In this document: positions 59,546-64,000 of the stretch, piece by piece | How positions within the stretch are numbered: position 1 is the first letter of the stretch | Layout of the letters: each line of letters opens with the position of its first letter | Program-made: the position numbers and the translations under genes | The notes under the pieces: model-generated | The model's database searches: none | What the model was told of the DNA's origin: nothing | The model's input: the letters and a program-made list of their open reading frames with translations, nothing else | Source: a virus | DNA length: 64,000 nucleotides | Strand: one strand, 5' to 3' | Virus record (IMG/VR): IMGVR_UViG_3300024261_000007 | Location: 69,025-133,024 of that record

Positions 59546-59756
59546 TAAAGAAGAAATAAGATTTGTTTCTCAACTAAACAAAGGTGACATGATTGATATT
59601 TTTTATTACGGAAAAAAAATAAAAAACAATTGTTTAGTTGTAGAAATTATACAAGATCACTACTTTACAAAAGGTTTAATAATTTATTTAAACGGTACTT
59701 CTCGCGAGACAATGGATCTTGAAAATCAAGAAGGCCTTTGGGTAGAAAAAGCTTAA
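59532..59756 (+). CDS. Small hypothetical protein (SH3-like)
   Basis: LNKGDMIDI..CLVVEI pattern. Confidence 0.5.
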   Translation: MSDNNKEEIRFVSQLNKGDMIDIFYYGKKIKNNCLVVEIIQDHYFTKGLIIYLNGTSRETMDLENQEGLWVEKA

Positions 59757-59757
59757 T

Positions 59758-60675
59758 TTAATATGATAATATAACGCAATCTTTAAAAACATTTTTTAAT
59801 TCATTAAATGCATTTTGAGTTATATTATATACTTCACTTCTAAAAAAGTTTAAAAGCCATGTTTTTTCTTCGTTAGTAAAACTTGAATCTAAATTTTCTA
59901 TTTCATCAATTTTTATATTTTTCAACTTATCTTTATCAAGTTCAGACATTTTACTATAACAAAAAGCCATAACTGATGCATGTTGATCACCAAATTCAGC
60001 AGTCTCAGTAAAATTAATAGCTTTAAAAAATTTTTCAACCAAATAAGCTTCATTTCCTCTTAAAAAGCTATTACTCATTGTTCCTGAATTTAAAAATGTA
60101 GTTGTTGTAATATTATTACTTCTTATATTTTTTTCTTTAACTGCATTTTTAAAGCTAGGTCTTTTTAAAACGCTATTACAAAAATAAAATGGCTGTACTG
60201 ATATGCCTGATAGTAAATTATGTTCCATATCGTGCAATGTCCAATGATAGATTTCAGCTTCTGACTGAGACTTAAAATCTTTAGTAAAGTCTCCACTACC
60301 TGAATGTATAATAACACATTCGTCATCATTGCTTTTTAAAATATTTTCCATTACTTTTGCTTTATTTACATCACCAGACTCAACAAAGTAGTTTTTAAAC
60401 ATGTTTAAAACTTTACTTGTCTTAGGAAAAACAATTCCTCCTTCAATGTAATCTTGATTTGTAACATCCATGAGCTCTGTTATATTATTATTTTTAATAT
60501 AACTTATAACATATTTTTCAATTTTTCCTAATTGAGAATGAGGAAAAGTAGCTAAATACCCAGTTTGATTTACTTTATCTTTGTTATATTTTAAATACTC
60601 ACCTTTTTCATTTAAAAAATTTTGATGCCATTCATTTAATAACTCTTTAAATTCTTTTCTATTTAGTTTACTCAT
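59758..60675 (-). CDS. Hypothetical protein with conserved N-terminal leader (internal virion protein candidate)
   Basis: AAGGA RBS on minus strand; MSKLNRKEFKELLNEWHQNFLNE; WTLHDMEH. Confidence 0.7.
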   Translation of the reverse strand: MSKLNRKEFKELLNEWHQNFLNEKGEYLKYNKDKVNQTGYLATFPHSQLGKIEKYVISYIKNNNITELMDVTNQDYIEGGIVFPKTSKVLNMFKNYFVESGDVNKAKVMENILKSNDDECVIIHSGSGDFTKDFKSQSEAEIYHWTLHDMEHNLLSGISVQPFYFCNSVLKRPSFKNAVKEKNIRSNNITTTTFLNSGTMSNSFLRGNEAYLVEKFFKAINFTETAEFGDQHASVMAFCYSKMSELDKDKLKNIKIDEIENLDSSFTNEEKTWLLNFFRSEVYNITQNAFNELKNVFKDCVILSY

Positions 60676-60733
60676 TTATAATCCTTTTATTTTTTTCGCG
60701 TAAATTAAATATTAACTATATTATGTAATCTTT

Positions 60734-62194
60734 TTAACCCTTATAATATAAGTCTTCTTTATCTTTCCAATAACCAGATTCTCTATCATCTTTTTTAAGT
60801 TCGTTATAGTAATGAGTTGCAGTATCTTTAAGAACTGGACAATTATCTATTACATATTTTAATAATAAAAGACCAGTATCTTTATCTTCGTGCTCAGAAA
60901 AAGCCCATAATGCGCCTTCCATAGAATCAGTCCAGAAATACCAGCTACCGTTATCTTTATCCCAGTTAGTAGGTCTAACCGGTTTATTTAATTTTAAAGC
61001 TTTTTTTAAATGTTTTAAATCCCAATCTCTAGGATCAGATATTTCATCAAACTTTTTAGTAACTATGTTAAAATCCCAATTTACATTTTCATGATTAATA
61101 ATATCAACAAACATGTTATAGTATTGACCTATAGGTGGGTATTTGAAATAATTTTTAAATGTTCCAATTGACTCTAATGAGTCACCTGAAAAATCAAAAG
61201 ATACAGCTTGCGACAATTCATTTCCATGAATAAAACCAGTTCCTTGATCATCTATGTTTTCTACACCTAACATATGCCAAAGTAAACTGCCATATTGAGC
61301 TGATGTCGTGTTGTTTATATAACCTACAACATAAGAAATCAAGCCTACATAATAGTTAATAATAAAAAGAAATTTAGCTTCATTATTTTTTAAGTAATAA
61401 TTATATTTCTTTTTCTTTTCATGATCAAATACTTCTTTTTTTACACCTAATTCTATATGTTTTGCTATTGTTGGAATAAAGCTATTAAAATCTTTAGACT
61501 CTATCGCTTGTAAATATAGTTTTATTATTTTACTTTTTAATGTTGAATATTTTAAAATAAACTCATTCTCATTTTCTATTTTATTTTTTGATATCAAGTA
61601 AAAAGATTCTTTTATTATATGTTTTAATTTATTTTGCAAACTTCTAGTTGTAATCGGATAAAGAGAAATTGGCAATGTGACATTTACATGATCATCTATT
61701 TCAAATATTTTTATAGTTCTTGCATCATCAATTTTAAATACTTGAAAATAATCAGCTGCAACTCCATAATCTCCACTTGCAGGTTTTCCTCTTTGTATTA
61801 AATTAACCAATCCTTGTTTGTTAAGCTTGTAACTAAATATTCCTTGCTGATCACCCCAATTAACTTTAGGGTTTACTGAAAGTGTTTTTATTTCATTACT
61901 AGAAACTTTGCTTCTATCTAGCTTATCTGATTTAGTTAAAAAATGAATAAATACATTTTCATCTGCAATATTTATTAGTTTTTTTAATGTATCTTCTACA
62001 CTTAAATGTGTCATATCTTCTATTTCTTTAGTCATAAGACTACTTTGAACACGCGAAGCTTGTGATCCTTTTTCGCCATCTATTCCTATAAAATCTTCAG
62101 GTTCTGACATGATAACTCTATTAGCTTCATTAACAAAGTTTTGTTTCCATTCAGTTAACAACTCGTTAAATTCTTTTCTATTCATCTTACTCAT
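60734..62194 (-). CDS. Hypothetical protein with the same N-terminal leader
   Basis: AAGG RBS on minus strand; MSKMNRKEFNELLTEWKQNFVNE; DDQGTGFIHGNELSQAV. Confidence 0.7.
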   Translation of the reverse strand: MSKMNRKEFNELLTEWKQNFVNEANRVIMSEPEDFIGIDGEKGSQASRVQSSLMTKEIEDMTHLSVEDTLKKLINIADENVFIHFLTKSDKLDRSKVSSNEIKTLSVNPKVNWGDQQGIFSYKLNKQGLVNLIQRGKPASGDYGVAADYFQVFKIDDARTIKIFEIDDHVNVTLPISLYPITTRSLQNKLKHIIKESFYLISKNKIENENEFILKYSTLKSKIIKLYLQAIESKDFNSFIPTIAKHIELGVKKEVFDHEKKKKYNYYLKNNEAKFLFIINYYVGLISYVVGYINNTTSAQYGSLLWHMLGVENIDDQGTGFIHGNELSQAVSFDFSGDSLESIGTFKNYFKYPPIGQYYNMFVDIINHENVNWDFNIVTKKFDEISDPRDWDLKHLKKALKLNKPVRPTNWDKDNGSWYFWTDSMEGALWAFSEHEDKDTGLLLLKYVIDNCPVLKDTATHYYNELKKDDRESGYWKDKEDLYYKG

Positions 62195-62220
62195 TAATTA
62201 AACCTTATTATATCTTTTGC

Positions 62221-62250
62221 GTGTAAATATAAATATAATGTTGTTATAAT
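62221..62250 (+). promoter_or_regulatory. Early/middle-type promoter (GTGTAA-18-TATAAT) upstream of dnaE
   Basis: GTGTAA 62221-62226, TGT-TATAAT ending 62250. Confidence 0.7.
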
Positions 62251-62276
62251 AAATAAAAACAAGAAAGGTATAAAAT

Positions 62277-64000
62277 TTGTCTATTGATTTAATAACTCCA
62301 CCAGACAGGTTTGTTTCTCTTCATTCTCACTCAACTTTTAGCACTTTTGATGGATTAGGTTACCCATCAGATCATATAGACTTTGTGCTTTCTGAATCAC
62401 AAGGCATGGATGCTTGGGCACTAACAGACCACGGCAATGGTAACGGCCTCGCTCATGCACGCTCGCACGCTGTCAAAATGCAAAAGGCTGGGAAAAAGTT
62501 TAGACAAATCTACGGGGTCGAATTCTATTTTGTTCCCTCACTAGATCAATGGACTAATGACTACGCAGCTCATAAGCAAGCAATTAAAGATGCAAAAACT
62601 GCTGCTGCTGCTGAAAGGAAAAGTAAAGAAAAAATCATCATTGATGCTGATGATGAAAGCGGTGGTCTTGTCATAGAGGACGAAGATGAATCCAAAAAGA
62701 TTGATATCCTTAAAGACGAATGGAAACGTCGCTATCACTTAGTCGTCACAGCAAGAAATAGAAAAGGCCTTAATAACCTATTCACTCTTGTAAAGAAGTC
62801 ATACAAAGACGGCTTCTATAGATACCCTCGCATTGACTTTAAAATGCTTAAAGAACATGGCGAAGGCTTACACGTAAATACTGCATGTTTAGGCGGGATT
62901 TTTAGCAATAGAATACTCCGCGGCGTTGCACATGATAAGTCACGTGATGAAATCCAAAAAGATCTTTTAAACCTTACAGACAGATTTACAGACGCAGTAG
63001 GTATTGAAAACTTCAAATTAGAACTGCAGTTTAACAAGCTAAACAAGCAGCACGTTGTTAATGACTATCTCATAGAACATCATAAACTAACTGGTATTCC
63101 GTTGATCTCAACGGCAGATTCTCATTACCCGAGCAACGATAAATGGCAAGCAAGAGAGCTATACAAGAAACTTGGCTGGCTCGGTAAGAAAGACAACCTA
63201 ACACTACCAGCATTTGAAGATCTTAAATGTGAGTTGTATCCAAAAAATGCACAACAAATGTGGGACGAGTTCCTTGAAGGATACAAAGAGCATGACTTCT
63301 ATAAAGGTAATGAACAGTTAGTTAAAGAGTCAATAGAAAGAACTCATGATATTGTTTGGAATGATTTTGAAGATACATGGATAGATGTAAGTGCTAAACT
63401 CCCAACAATATCAATACCTAACAAAACACCTTTTAAACACCTATCAGACTTAGTTAAAAATGCTTTAATTAGCGAAGGGTTGCATACTAACAAAGAATAT
63501 GTAGATAGAGCTAAGTATGAATTGTCTGACATTAAGTATCTTGGTCATGAAGCTTACTTCATTACAATGTATGAGATCTTTAAGAAGGCTGAAACAAAGA
63601 CACTATTTGGTCCGGCTAGAGGAAGTGGAGGTGGAAGTTTAGTTAACTACTTGTTAGGTATTACACAGCTTGATCCTATTCCTTATAACTTGCTTTGGAG
63701 TAGATTCTTAGGTAGACACAGAGTTTCGTGGCCAGATATCGACACAGATGCTGGAGACCGAGATGAGCTGATCAATGCAGCAAAAGAGTTATATGGCGAC
63801 GATGCTGTTATCCCAGTATCAAACTTCAACACGCTTAAGCTTAAATCACTTGTAAAAGACATTGCAAAGTTTTATGATATTCCATTTGACGAAGTCAATA
63901 AGGTAACTGGTCCTCTTCAAGATCAAGTTATGCAGAAAGCAATGGATAAAAATCAAGAAAAGTCTGTATTTGTTCTTAAGCATGAAGACTGCATGAAATA
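62277..64000 (+). CDS. dnaE: DNA polymerase III alpha subunit (family C), 5' part; runs off window end
   Basis: Absent from ORF track (no stop in window). TTG start after AAGG; PHP motifs SLHSHSTFSTFDG, ALTDHG, GVEFY, HL, TADSHY; GPARGSGGGSLVNYLLGIT..DPI, WPDIDTD. Confidence 0.93.
   Translation, partial: MSIDLITPPDRFVSLHSHSTFSTFDGLGYPSDHIDFVLSESQGMDAWALTDHGNGNGLAHARSHAVKMQKAGKKFRQIYGVEFYFVPSLDQWTNDYAAHKQAIKDAKTAAAAERKSKEKIIIDADDESGGLVIEDEDESKKIDILKDEWKRRYHLVVTARNRKGLNNLFTLVKKSYKDGFYRYPRIDFKMLKEHGEGLHVNTACLGGIFSNRILRGVAHDKSRDEIQKDLLNLTDRFTDAVGIENFKLELQFNKLNKQHVVNDYLIEHHKLTGIPLISTADSHYPSNDKWQARELYKKLGWLGKKDNLTLPAFEDLKCELYPKNAQQMWDEFLEGYKEHDFYKGNEQLVKESIERTHDIVWNDFEDTWIDVSAKLPTISIPNKTPFKHLSDLVKNALISEGLHTNKEYVDRAKYELSDIKYLGHEAYFITMYEIFKKAETKTLFGPARGSGGGSLVNYLLGITQLDPIPYNLLWSRFLGRHRVSWPDIDTDAGDRDELINAAKELYGDDAVIPVSNFNTLKLKSLVKDIAKFYDIPFDEVNKVTGPLQDQVMQKAMDKNQEKSVFVLKHEDCMK

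Noticed and set aside
781-63532. Many short minus-strand and alternative-frame ORFs in the track (e.g. 2277-2612, 11061-11471, 28989-29420, 62541-63532)
   Set aside because: They lie antisense to or inside well-supported genes, lack RBSs and recognisable motifs; shadow ORFs
1-64000. Stop-codon reassignment (TAG or TGA recoding as in some large phages)
   Set aside because: Long genes are intact in code 11, and TAA, TAG and TGA all end genes at expected family C-termini (e.g. sheath 2 TAG, nrdJ TGA)
1-64000. CRISPR array, tRNA, rRNA, integrase or transposase
   Set aside because: No regularly spaced repeats, cloverleaf/T-loop signatures or recombinase motifs seen; intergenic gaps are short. 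tRNAscan was not run

Overview
AT-rich 64 kb segment of a large, probably lytic, contractile-tailed dsDNA phage (distantly T4-like myovirus architecture, standard genetic code, AGGAG-type ribosome binding sites). Nearly all genes are on the + strand. 1-39033 is a virion module: two paralogous small structural proteins, gp13/gp14/gp15-like neck proteins, THREE tail-sheath paralogs around a single gp19-like tube gene, a tail chaperone with an apparent +1/-2 frameshift site, TWO paralogous tape-measure-like genes, and tube-initiator, LysM-like wedge and giant hub proteins. 39070-64000 is a replication and nucleotide module: stand-alone PolA-type polymerase domain, degenerate HD protein, gp32-like SSB, RecA/UvsX, 5'-3' exonuclease, DnaB-like helicase, dUTPase, class II RNR, ClpP, amidase, ThyX and a DnaE (Pol III alpha) gene running off the right end. 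The strongest candidates for undescribed biology are (1) a nucleotide-modification-like cluster (all-alpha NTP pyrophosphatase, dead-pyrophosphatase/HAD fusion, second ThyX-fold protein with Ser->Cys at the motif serine, nucleotide N-glycosidase/deoxyribosyltransferase, NDP-sugar epimerase), (2) the three-sheath/two-tape-measure tail, and (3) a GC-rich pseudoknot-capable leader RNA at 1078-1132. All family calls come from recognising motifs by eye; no searches were run.
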